Origin: Spirochaetia bacterium
GTDB lineage: Bacteria; Spirochaetota; Spirochaetia; WTKD01; G963693115
DNA length: 64,000 nt
Direction of reading: 5' to 3'
Assembly (NCBI GenBank): GCA_965226055.1
Contig: CBDDCA010000006.1
Coordinates: 1-64,000 of the forward strand
Of this stretch, positions 21,277 to 32,966 are shown piece after piece. Position 1 is the stretch's first letter, and every line of letters starts with the position of its first letter. A program made the position numbers and the translations under genes. Below the pieces are notes generated by a model. It was not told where the DNA came from. It was given only the letters and a program-made list of their open reading frames with translations, and ran no database searches.

Positions 21277-22615
21277 CATTTGCACCATAGCTACGTATCC
21301 TATTCATTGCATCATTAAATGAACCAAAAATCTTCTCTATATCTCTCCCCCTATCTATAAAGGTATATCTATCATTACCTTGTTTCTCTTCTAAGTAAAA
21401 TCTACATGTATCACCTACACCCTCTTTATTGGTAATATATTTTATAGCACTTACCATGTCAGGATGATGGGAAGAGATAAAAAATTTAACTCCTACTTTT
21501 TTATTCAACAACACAACCAATCGTGCATACTCTACTACCCATTTTGGATGTAAGTGTGCTTCTGGCTCATCTAGTACCAATAGTGTTTTGTTAGTCAACC
21601 AACCATTTTTATACAACATTTGTAAAATAGCAAGAGATTTTATCCCCGTTGCACAAGTTGCGACTCTAAATGGCCTATCATTACCATTTCTGTAAAACAT
21701 TAGTTCACCGTTCTGTTCATCTAATATAATTTCTCCATCTAATATATCTGGAGACATAAAAATTCTCTGTAACTCATTATAAGTCTCCGTATCCCTTATC
21801 TTTTCTATTTGACTTATATTTTTCCGTTTTAAGTAAAAATCTAGATCTTTCCAATGATAAAAATGCTCTATTTCTATATCTCTATTTCTCCAACCATATG
21901 TATATTCTGGGTTTTCCACAGCCATAGGACTATCTATATAAATAGCATGAGAAATAACTGCAAATTCTCTCAAAATTGTATCTTCTTTGCTAATAATATG
22001 TTTCCCATATTCCTTTACTGAAAAATCTTCTAACTTTTCATTATAAATATTTCTTACTTTATTTTCAAATAAATTTTTGCTTCTCTCATCAACTTTTTCT
22101 TGAAATTCCTCATATATTTTTTTTACTATTTTCTGTAAAGCATCAAATATTTTACTCACTGTATCAGTATCAGTATCAGAAATATAATCGCGAAAATTAC
22201 TCATTATTACATTTTGTGCATAAAATATCTCTTCTTTATGATCTTCTTGTATCTCTCCTTTATAATATTCTTGCACCTTTGTTATTGTAGAAAGCATCTC
22301 ATCTTTGTCTTGTATACCATTTATTCGCCTTCTGAAGGCGAATCTAAAATTTGAAAGATCGCCTAAAATCATTCTTATATCCTGCATTTTATCATTCAAA
22401 TCTTTTTTCAAAAAATCATTATATTCTCTAGAGATTTTGACTATATAATAGAATAGTGTAGAAAGAGTACTTTTCCCTGTAGAGTTTTCGCCAGCTACTA
22501 CTGTAATGCCATCTAACTTAATGGTAGCTTCTTTTATCGCTCTAAAGTCTCTGACACTTAATTCTAACAAACTTTTTTCTTTTTCTTTTGCATTATCTTC
22601 CATAAACTCTGCCAT
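21260..22615 (-). CDS. ABC/AAA_15-AAA_21-type ATPase, copy B
   Basis: Walker A GENSTGKS, CATGIKS, Walker B LVLDEPEAHLHP, SSH. Confidence 0.88.
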   Translation of the reverse strand: MAEFMEDNAKEKEKSLLELSVRDFRAIKEATIKLDGITVVAGENSTGKSTLSTLFYYIVKISREYNDFLKKDLNDKMQDIRMILGDLSNFRFAFRRRINGIQDKDEMLSTITKVQEYYKGEIQEDHKEEIFYAQNVIMSNFRDYISDTDTDTVSKIFDALQKIVKKIYEEFQEKVDERSKNLFENKVRNIYNEKLEDFSVKEYGKHIISKEDTILREFAVISHAIYIDSPMAVENPEYTYGWRNRDIEIEHFYHWKDLDFYLKRKNISQIEKIRDTETYNELQRIFMSPDILDGEIILDEQNGELMFYRNGNDRPFRVATCATGIKSLAILQMLYKNGWLTNKTLLVLDEPEAHLHPKWVVEYARLVVLLNKKVGVKFFISSHHPDMVSAIKYITNKEGVGDTCRFYLEEKQGNDRYTFIDRGRDIEKIFGSFNDAMNRIRSYGANDERDM

Positions 22616-22644
22616 GAGTATAGTATACCATAATACTTATATTT

Positions 22645-22678
22645 AGATGCTTTCTGGGTACTCTTGCCCTATAATATA
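22645..22678 (-). pseudogene. Short alaS relic at the duplication junction
   Basis: AGATGCTTTCTGGGTACTCTTGCCCTATAATATA resembles alaS 20491-20528 AGACGCCTTCCTTCTGGGTGTTCTTGCCCCATAATATA. Confidence 0.6.
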
Positions 22679-22712
22679 GCGTACTTACTTTGATTATACT
22701 ATATGTGTGTGC

Positions 22713-23227
22713 TTAAAAGTATATTTGCTTAAATTGTTGGAGAGTCATAGGCTCTAATGGTTTAAGCTCATGCTTTTTATCATAAATAAGCTCATACTCT
22801 AAATTATCAAGACTGTCTCTTAGACTTTCTTTATCACAATAAATAAGTATTGATGTATCAATATCTTCTTTCATCCGTTCTTTAGAAGAGACTACTTGAT
22901 CTTTTGCTTCTTGTATTCTCTTTGATATGAAATCTGTCTCTACACAAAGTTTGAGTTCTACTAGCAGAACCTTAGCATTATCTAAGATCATTACCATATC
23001 TACAGATTTACAGCCATGTTCTCCTTTTGTAATGCAATCGAAATCTATTGCTTCTGCCCCCTCAAACTTAATCGTTTCATAATCAAAACATCGAATTTCT
23101 TTTGTTTCTTTATGTTTACTTCCTCTCTTTACAATCTCATCTATGAGTTTAACACAACCTCCTCGTTTTTCTTTAGCAATAGGATGTTCTTTAGTCTTTG
23201 TTTGACTGTACTTATCTGTTTCATTCA

Positions 23228-23228
<1 letters not shown>
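22713..23228 (-). CDS. Hypothetical protein with a PD-(D/E)xK-like motif; ATPase partner, copy A
   Basis: KSVDMV...LLVELKL, C-terminal TLQQFKQxYF; TAATG coupling to the ATPase. Confidence 0.68.
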
Positions 23229-24694
<1,466 letters not shown>

Positions 24695-24712
24695 GATTAT
24701 AGTATATCATAA

Positions 24713-26088
24713 TTACTTTCTTTCTACATACATAACATTTCCTGCGTTCACTCCATATACGGTATGTATATACTGTTCAAGAGTTTTGGCTATCTCTTGC
24801 ATAGCAGTGGTAAAATGAGCTGTCTCACTTTCATTGAGTGACACTTTACTCTCAGGAATAATACGCGCAGTGAGATACCACGATAAAGACTGTATAGGAC
24901 GCTGCAACAGATATGCAAAAAACTCGTTCTGCACCAAATAAGCATGTGTCTCATCGTAGCCGTTATACGCAAAAAACCGCTTCCATATGCTCTGCTCTTT
25001 TGTGCTCAGCTGTTGCCACACAGTAGCCACATAGTCCCGCAGTTGTTCATCGTGAAAATAAAATGTATGCAATAACTCATGACATAGCAGTGCAGTAATA
25101 AGCTCTTCACTGTAGGTCAACGCTATACTCACCATATAATGCTTTGCGGAAAGTATAGGCATATTTGCAATCATGTTGTAATCAATATCCCTTGTCTCTA
25201 TAGTAGCGTTTAGTAATGTTTTATCTTTTTCTGACACCAGTAAAAAACCCTGTCGTATCAATAGATACTTTAAGTCTAGCTCCTCTGTATGAAAAGGAAA
25301 TATACCTGTGGTAGCATCAAGGCGAGGAAATTTCTGTGTTCTTCCCTTTTCAAAAAATACTCGTATATCTTCCATAGTATAGTTATGAGCCCCCCACCCC
25401 TTACGGTGAGCTATTTGCTCATCGTACATAATAGAGCCACGCGTCCCCCGCTTTTCCACAAAAAAAGCAAGCCTCTTAAGATACCGTGCTTGGACTTGTT
25501 TATCCTTAAAGAAAAAGACTAGCACATTCGGGTATTGTTGCCACCGAAACACAGTGTAGTCATTATTTGGATTCATAGCACGCCAGTGCATCATATCATA
25601 TAACGAGGCAGGCTTTACATCATCTGTCATAGTATGTATCTGCCCTCTCAGTGATAAAGAAATTATATCAAATATATTGGATGGGACAGTAACATAGGTA
25701 TTTGACTGAGCTACCTCAGTACTGTTATTATCAAGGTAGACAGGGCGAATATGCATAAATTGAATATCACAATCAAATTGCTGTGCATACCAATAGAGAA
25801 AATGAGTACCTTGTTGAAGACGAACTATGTAGTGATGGTTTACAACATGCATATCACCACGTATTACCAGTGCATCTCTACATTGCAAGTTTACTTCTAA
25901 GCCAACTGTCTGATAAGAAAACTGCAATAATTCACTGTCAGTCACAGTGTAGCGAAGCTCTAAGGCTTCAGACTGCGTCAATACTCTCCCTATATTGATA
26001 GTGGCACTGTTTATAGTACTGTATTGTGCAAATACAGAAGCAAACACAGAAATAGAAAAAATACTTAAAAAAAAACACTCTTTAGCAT
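24713..26088 (-). CDS. Secreted HExxH (zincin-like) protein; 5' end frameshifted at a T9 tract (in-frame part 24713-26047)
   Basis: CHELLH...NEFFAY; ATG at 26088 plus one extra T gives a signal peptide. Confidence 0.65.
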
Positions 26089-26273
26089 GTTCAAGACCCC
26101 ATTATACATATTCTTATACCACTACTCGTATAGCATGCATGAGTGTCATATATCTCTGTTTCTCTTGCAATGCTCCATAGTTCCTAATTATACTTACCTA
26201 ACTATACTTACCTAACAATAATGTAATGTATGTTCCATTATACTGTAATGTATTTTATATTATACTATAAGAT

Positions 26274-28709
26274 ATGATAATATACACTCTTACTATTAAA
26301 GGTATGCATTGTGCCTCTTGTGCTACTGCGGTGCAAAGCAATCTGGAGAAAATACCTGAAGTAACTCAGGCTTCAGTCAACATATTAAATGAAAAAGCAG
26401 TAATCCATTGCAGTACCTCTATCTCTCAAAATATATTATCACAAGCAGTACAGGCTGCAGGATATACATTAGACTCAGTACATAATGATGAATCTTCTCA
26501 GACATTAACAGATACTGTTATTTCACAGCAAGATACATTGAATAAACGAAGGACTACTATACAGCTTACTATAGCATGGTTGAGCTTTGGTATTATTATG
26601 TTTCTTATGTTCTATGGCCATACTATTCTTTCCAGTCTGGTAAAAGATATACTCTTGGTGAGCATATCTACTACAATAAGCATTATTATCGGAAAAAACA
26701 TTTTTAGTTCTGCAATCAAAGCACTAAAAAAAAGAACAAGCAACATGGATACCCTCACCAGTATTGGAGTAAACATGGCACTTCTCAGTGGACTACTTGC
26801 TCTTGCTCGGTACATACATCCAAGCATTGCAGAAGCAATTTACATACAAAACTTTTCGGGCTTAGCTGCCATGATACTTACTCTTGCGATAACAGGAAGC
26901 ACTATAGAAACTTTTTTGAGAAAAAAATCAATAGGAGCACAACAAGCATTACTTAATCTTTTACCGCGTTTTTCCACTGTCATAATATTTACCGATGATT
27001 CAAAAACAGAGTATGAAAAAGAAACAAAAGAAACAAATACCCTAAAAATACATGACATAGTACTCATAGAACCAGGAGAACAAATCCCTTGTGATGGCAT
27101 TGTCATAAAAGGAAACAGCACTGTCGATGAATCGATGATAACAGGCGAAAGTCTTCCTATTGAAAAAGAGCAAGGAAGCAAAGTCATTGGAGGGACAGTA
27201 AACCATCAAGGACAGCTTATTGTACAAGTGGCACAAAACGGAAAAAACAGCACTTTACAGAAAATACTAAAAGCAGTAGAACATGCACAAAGCACAAAAC
27301 CAAATATACAGCTACTAGTTGATAAAGTAACAGCATCGTTTGTTCCTTGTATTATAGGACTTGCAATCATAAGTTTTTTTGCATGGCTACTATTTCCTAA
27401 TGTACTATTACATGGAATACTCATAATTATACAATACACATGGAACTATGGAGGCAGTCTTATCACTCCATTGATAGCCCTACCACTTCCTTTAAGTGAA
27501 GCATTTATTCAACAGTATGCACAAGGGCTTATTCAAAACCCCATTGATTATCTAGAAATCTCTCAGCTATCATTAGCAATCTATGCAAGCATCTCAGTAC
27601 TGGTAGTAGCATGCCCTTGTGCATTAGGGCTTGCTACCCCTGCCGCAATCTCTGTTGGCATAGCAAAAGCAAGTAGGTTTGGAATATTTTTTCGTTCTGC
27701 AGAAATCATTGAACGCTTAAAGAATATAAACTGCATAGCACTTGACAAAACTGGCACTCTCACACAAGGAAAAATATCTCTTAGCAGTATACACAGTCTT
27801 AATGCAAGCTCCGAAACAGAACTCTTATATATTGCAGCTGTCCTTGAACAAGGCTCTGAACATCCCCTTGCAAAAGCAGTAGTAAGAAAATATCAAGAAA
27901 CATCCTCTCGTACACTTCGTTTAGCAGATGATTTTAAGTCGTTTGCAGGAAAAGGAGTCAGTGCAACTATAGAAAACAAACAGTATTTCTTAGGCACAAA
28001 ATCCTTCATTAGCCAATCTTTATACAATACAAAAGATACTCCTTTTCCACACGAAATAGAGACTATTATTACAGATGAAGCAAAGCAAGGCAGAAGTGTA
28101 AGCATATTAGCAGACAAAGAGACAGTGCTAGGCATTTTATCGTTTGCAGATAGCATACGTCCTAGCAGTAAAAAAGCAATACAATACTTTCATTCACATG
28201 GGTATAAAGCTGCCATATTGTCAGGAGACAATGCATTAGCCACACAGCACATAGCATCACAATTACACATACAACATATTTACCCTGAACTCAGGCCTGA
28301 AGACAAATACAGCATACTATTAGAATTACAACAAAACCATAAGGTACTCATGATAGGAGACGGCATTAACGATGCTCCAGCATTATTACAAGCAGATGTT
28401 GGAGTAGCTATGGGAGGCGGCACAGATACCGCAAAAGAAGCGGGCGATGTCATCTTATTTAGAGAAAATATTGAAGACATTGTACACACACTACGATTAT
28501 CAAAACACATAAACAGAGTACTTGCACAAAATTTGTTCTGGGCTTTTTTCTACAATGTAGTCATGCTTCCTTTTGCTATGCTTGGCATAATCTCTCCCAT
28601 CTTTGCAGAAATTGCAATGGCATTAAGCTCTATTTCTGTATTATTAAATGCAAACAGGCTATGGCTGATAAAAAAAGAGATACACCTCTTTTCTAATAAA
28701 GGTACATAA
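26274..28709 (+). CDS. copA: Cu(I)-translocating P1B-type ATPase
   Basis: GMHCASC, TGES, CPCALGLA, DKTGT, SEHP, GDGINDAP, YN, MALSS. Confidence 0.93.
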   Translation: MIIYTLTIKGMHCASCATAVQSNLEKIPEVTQASVNILNEKAVIHCSTSISQNILSQAVQAAGYTLDSVHNDESSQTLTDTVISQQDTLNKRRTTIQLTIAWLSFGIIMFLMFYGHTILSSLVKDILLVSISTTISIIIGKNIFSSAIKALKKRTSNMDTLTSIGVNMALLSGLLALARYIHPSIAEAIYIQNFSGLAAMILTLAITGSTIETFLRKKSIGAQQALLNLLPRFSTVIIFTDDSKTEYEKETKETNTLKIHDIVLIEPGEQIPCDGIVIKGNSTVDESMITGESLPIEKEQGSKVIGGTVNHQGQLIVQVAQNGKNSTLQKILKAVEHAQSTKPNIQLLVDKVTASFVPCIIGLAIISFFAWLLFPNVLLHGILIIIQYTWNYGGSLITPLIALPLPLSEAFIQQYAQGLIQNPIDYLEISQLSLAIYASISVLVVACPCALGLATPAAISVGIAKASRFGIFFRSAEIIERLKNINCIALDKTGTLTQGKISLSSIHSLNASSETELLYIAAVLEQGSEHPLAKAVVRKYQETSSRTLRLADDFKSFAGKGVSATIENKQYFLGTKSFISQSLYNTKDTPFPHEIETIITDEAKQGRSVSILADKETVLGILSFADSIRPSSKKAIQYFHSHGYKAAILSGDNALATQHIASQLHIQHIYPELRPEDKYSILLELQQNHKVLMIGDGINDAPALLQADVGVAMGGGTDTAKEAGDVILFRENIEDIVHTLRLSKHINRVLAQNLFWAFFYNVVMLPFAMLGIISPIFAEIAMALSSISVLLNANRLWLIKKEIHLFSNKGT

Positions 28710-28753
28710 TAAAGATATGCAATACCTTTTATGCTATCATAAAAAAAGAAACT

Positions 28754-29629
28754 ATGAATATACAGCTCCATAATCATTATCAGTTTATTGCTCTGACACA
28801 GCTAGAACAACACAAACAACATTTACTTATAAAAGGCAAAGAGCTTCACATAAAAGGCACTATCTTACTTGCTCCTGAAGGGATAAATATAGCTATATGT
28901 GGAGAAGCCTCTGCACTTACTGCTTTAGAGAAATACATGGAGTCCTTATTTTGTACCACTATTCATCCGTTCATCACTCCCATTGATGAACACCAAGATA
29001 TACCATTTCAGAAATACAAAGTAAAAGTAAAAAATGAGCTTATAAAACTAGGCATACAAGAAGCGAAAATGGTACAGACAGATCACTCTTCCTGTGTAGT
29101 TGGAACACATGTTGCTCCGCAACATTGGAATGAGCTTATTGAAGATTCTAACACTATCCTCATTGACACGCGTAATCACTACGAGTACTCCTTAGGACAT
29201 TTTAAGAACGCACTCAATCCCCAAACCTCTTTCTTTACTGAGTTTCCTGCCTATTTACACGATACCTTTAAGGACAAAAAAAATTGTTCTATTGCCATGT
29301 ACTGTACTGGTGGCATTCGCTGTGAAAAAGCCTCATACTACATGGGGTTACAGCAATATACCACTGTGTACCAACTTGAAGGAGGGATACTTAATTACTT
29401 TAATACAATCCCATACGAACAAAGCCTATGGGTAGGAGCCTGTTTTGTATTTGATGATAGAATTGCAATAGGACATGATATGTCCCCTACTACTCTTTCC
29501 TTACAGGAGAAACCAGAATCTCTCTCTCATAAAGATTCGTACAATGACAGGCATATACAATATGTGTATAAAAAAATTGCTCAGCACTTACATAGCCATA
29601 CTGCTGATGTTCAAGCAATAAAAAACTGA
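28754..29629 (+). CDS. trhO: Rhodanese-domain tRNA hydroxylase (TrhO/YceA)
   Basis: GTILLAPEGIN, DTRNHYE, YCTGGIRCEK, LEGGIL, CFVFDDR. Confidence 0.9.
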   Translation: MNIQLHNHYQFIALTQLEQHKQHLLIKGKELHIKGTILLAPEGINIAICGEASALTALEKYMESLFCTTIHPFITPIDEHQDIPFQKYKVKVKNELIKLGIQEAKMVQTDHSSCVVGTHVAPQHWNELIEDSNTILIDTRNHYEYSLGHFKNALNPQTSFFTEFPAYLHDTFKDKKNCSIAMYCTGGIRCEKASYYMGLQQYTTVYQLEGGILNYFNTIPYEQSLWVGACFVFDDRIAIGHDMSPTTLSLQEKPESLSHKDSYNDRHIQYVYKKIAQHLHSHTADVQAIKN

Positions 29630-29765
29630 TTCATTAAATCTGCATCTTTTTTTATTTTACCTTGCTCTTTTTTGCTCCTTTGTCGCATTTAATATTTGCA
29701 CTTGTGAGGTAAAATTTCAATAAAAATTTATAAATAGTATATAATGTAATAAAGTGAGGAATCTT

Positions 29766-30224
29766 ATGAAGTCTATGATATTAGCGAATACAATGATTTA
29801 TGAATTTAATAGGATAGATGAAATAATCCGTCAAATGAAATTACAAAAATTATTATATTTTTTTGTAGGTTTTACTTATAAAGAAACAGGAAAGTATATA
29901 TTAGATGAGGATTTTTACAAATTAGATTATGGTCCTGTTTGTATAAACATTTACCGTAAATTTAAGAATCAAAAACATCATCCCTTAAAACAAATAAAAT
30001 CACAAAATGGTAAAGTATACATATATGATTTTGAAAAAGATAATAATGAAATAGATAAAATATTAAAAAATATTATTGAACACTATGGATATTTATCTGA
30101 CTTCACACTATCAGAAATGACACATAAAACAGGAAGTCCTTGGGACACTGCAGAATACTCTTTTCCTATTGAAAAAAAGAGTATACAAGATTATTTTACA
30201 AAAATAGACATAGGTGCATTTTAG
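29766..30224 (+). CDS. Panacea (DUF4065/SocA) antitoxin
   Basis: MKLQKLLYF, YGPV, LSEMTH, PW; GAGGA RBS. Confidence 0.9.
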   Translation: MKSMILANTMIYEFNRIDEIIRQMKLQKLLYFFVGFTYKETGKYILDEDFYKLDYGPVCINIYRKFKNQKHHPLKQIKSQNGKVYIYDFEKDNNEIDKILKNIIEHYGYLSDFTLSEMTHKTGSPWDTAEYSFPIEKKSIQDYFTKIDIGAF

Positions 30225-30225
30225 T

Positions 30226-30543
30226 ATGAATAAAAATAGCAAAAATGAAATAGATAATATAAAAGCACATGAAATACAAAATATAAACAGACAACAAAAG
30301 ACAGAATTTAATCCTGAAGAAGCCAAGCATATAAGATATGAAAAAAGATTGAGTATAATTTTTTGGACTATAAACTTTTGTTTTATTATACTCATAATAA
30401 CAGTAGGAGTAATATTATATGATAGTTGGAAGGATGAGGGTACAGGATTAGCAAATGACACAACATTAGCAATATTGATAACTGTAGTATCTACAACTCT
30501 TACGACTGCAGTAGGTGTAGTAATAGGATCATCAATAGACTAG
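30226..30543 (+). CDS. Small two-TM protein, putative Panacea-paired toxin
   Basis: Starts 1 nt after the antitoxin stop; two hydrophobic helices. Confidence 0.55.
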   Translation: MNKNSKNEIDNIKAHEIQNINRQQKTEFNPEEAKHIRYEKRLSIIFWTINFCFIILIITVGVILYDSWKDEGTGLANDTTLAILITVVSTTLTTAVGVVIGSSID

Positions 30544-30780
30544 AATATTTATATCATCTCTATATACTCTCCGTTTCAATAAAGCCCAAAATCTCTCCAT
30601 TATGTTTATATGTGCCATTTTATCTATATGCTACTTTGTACTATGATTTACTGACTTATGAGTATATCCATAATAATGTAACACTTGAACTCGTGGTGTA
30701 TGCAATATACAGTATAAGAAAAAAAACATATTGTTTAGTAAAATGTAATATACATACATTAAAAATAAGGAAACAACAGC

Positions 30781-31458
30781 ATGGCTCAGTTTGAAACACT
30801 TAGAAATACACTTACTCATACAGTACTTAATGTGGAACATCTTACTGATGAAACATTCAGTGTCAAATTTACTCGTGGAAACCTTGATTTTCAAGCAGGA
30901 CAGCACATTTGTGTAGGTCCACATAATGACTTAAATATGAGAGAATATTCAATTTATTCTGGTACTTCACAAGATTTTCTAGAAATTTTAGTAAAAGAAA
31001 TACAAAATGGATATGTGTCAAAGCTACTAAAACAACTACAGCAAGGACAGTCTATTAAGGTAGAAGGTCCCTTTGGGTATTTCACTATTGAAGAAGCCGA
31101 AAAAACAAAGGCACTGTATGGCATTGCCACAGGCACAGGCATTGCTCCATTTCATTGCTTTGCAATAAGCCATCCTCAACTATCATTTTCTATTGTACAT
31201 GGCATACGACATAGAAAAGAACAATATCATAAGGAGATATTTGAGAATACTGCTTTTCACTATACTCCTTGTATTTCAAGAGAAAAACAGGATGTGTATT
31301 ATCAGGGACGTGTAACAGATTTTTTGAAAACAAATACTATAGATGTACATGGCATTTATTTTCTTTGTGGAAACTGCGACATGATTTATGAAGTGTTTGA
31401 TATTCTTCAACAAAATGGCGTGCCTTCTAAACATATAAAAGCAGAGGTATATTTTTAA
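30781..31458 (+). CDS. FAD/NAD(P)-binding oxidoreductase (ferredoxin-NADP reductase family)
   Basis: REYS, GYVS, GPFG, ATGTGIAP, CG, C-terminal EVYF. Confidence 0.9.
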   Translation: MAQFETLRNTLTHTVLNVEHLTDETFSVKFTRGNLDFQAGQHICVGPHNDLNMREYSIYSGTSQDFLEILVKEIQNGYVSKLLKQLQQGQSIKVEGPFGYFTIEEAEKTKALYGIATGTGIAPFHCFAISHPQLSFSIVHGIRHRKEQYHKEIFENTAFHYTPCISREKQDVYYQGRVTDFLKTNTIDVHGIYFLCGNCDMIYEVFDILQQNGVPSKHIKAEVYF

Positions 31459-32966
31459 TGAAATACTATCTACTCAGTCTTGGTTGTCAAATGAATATAT
31501 CCGACAGTGAACGGGTAAAAACCGTACTCAATACTATGGGATTTACCGAAACTCAACAAGCAGAAGAAGCTGAACTATTAGGAGTAATGGCTTGTTCGGT
31601 CAGACAAAAAGCAATAGATAAAGTGTACAGCCTCATTCATAAATGGAATACATGGAAAAAAAACAAACATTGTATCACTTTTATCTCTGGATGTGTGTTA
31701 CCAAATGATAGGGAAAAATTCTTAAAAAAATTTGATATACTGTTTTCCATAAATGAACTGCCTCAATTACCCGATATTATTCGCAATTACGGAGTGAGCA
31801 GTCCTTTTACAGAAAAAAGCAAATCACAGAGTACATGGGAAATAGACGATATCCATATTCAAAACAACACGGAACTTTCTGTTACACAATCTACACACAA
31901 AGCTCATATCACAAAAAAAACATCAGCTTTATCCGAAACAAAACTATATGTTCCTACAACAGCACGGCATACACCGTTCTCTTCCGAAACAGAATCAAAT
32001 GATTTAGCACGAGGGTTCTGGAATGTAAAGCCAACATATTCCTCTCATTTTGATGCATATATCACTATACAGAACGGCTGTGATAAATTTTGTACATTCT
32101 GTGCAGTTCCTTATACTCGAGGAAGAGAAGTTTCACGTTCATCAAGTGAAATATTAAAAGAAGTATACGATCTTATGCAACAAGGCTATAAATCTATTAC
32201 TTTGCTTGGACAAAATGTCAATAGCTACGGTATTGACATGAATGGAAAAGAGCTTACTTTTGCTCAATTATTAGAACGAATAGGGAATCTTGCAAATGAA
32301 CTTGAACATACATGCTGGATATACTTTACCTCTCCTCATCCACGAGATATGGGAAAAGATGTATTAGAAGTAATGGCACAATATCCTTGTTTAGCAAAAC
32401 AAATTCATCTTCCTTTACAAAGCGGGGATGAAAAATTACTATTTAAGATGAATAGAAATCATAGTATGTCAAAATATCGACAAACCGTAACAGATATACA
32501 TACTATTCTGCCAACAGCTACGTTGTTTACTGATATTATTGTTGGGTTTTGTGGAGAAACAGAAGAACAATTTAACAATACCAAAGATGCCATGAAAGAG
32601 TTTGCATATAATATGGCATATATTGCAATGTATTCACCTCGTCCAGGAGCAGCAAGCTATAGATGGCACGACACTATTTCTCTTGACGTAAAAAAGCAAC
32701 GTTTACGCGAACTGTCAGAGATATTACAAAACACAGCAGAAAAAAAACATGAACAATACATTGGAACAAACATACAAGTACTCGTAGAAAGTGTAGGAAG
32801 AAGCGCCAACACATTACAGGCAAAGACAGAGGGAAAAATTCCTGTCATGCTTACAAATACTACTCCCTATGATTTTAAGACATTAGAAGGAAAATTTATA
32901 TACGCTACTATCACAGGACAGAAATCACTTTCTCTTTTAGCAGAGACCTATGGAGAGCCATTTTGA
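31458..32966 (+). CDS. miaB: tRNA methylthiotransferase MiaB
   Basis: GCQMN, CSVR, GCDKFCTFC, RGRE, LGQNVNSY, YSPRPG. Confidence 0.92.
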   Translation: MKYYLLSLGCQMNISDSERVKTVLNTMGFTETQQAEEAELLGVMACSVRQKAIDKVYSLIHKWNTWKKNKHCITFISGCVLPNDREKFLKKFDILFSINELPQLPDIIRNYGVSSPFTEKSKSQSTWEIDDIHIQNNTELSVTQSTHKAHITKKTSALSETKLYVPTTARHTPFSSETESNDLARGFWNVKPTYSSHFDAYITIQNGCDKFCTFCAVPYTRGREVSRSSSEILKEVYDLMQQGYKSITLLGQNVNSYGIDMNGKELTFAQLLERIGNLANELEHTCWIYFTSPHPRDMGKDVLEVMAQYPCLAKQIHLPLQSGDEKLLFKMNRNHSMSKYRQTVTDIHTILPTATLFTDIIVGFCGETEEQFNNTKDAMKEFAYNMAYIAMYSPRPGAASYRWHDTISLDVKKQRLRELSEILQNTAEKKHEQYIGTNIQVLVESVGRSANTLQAKTEGKIPVMLTNTTPYDFKTLEGKFIYATITGQKSLSLLAETYGEPF

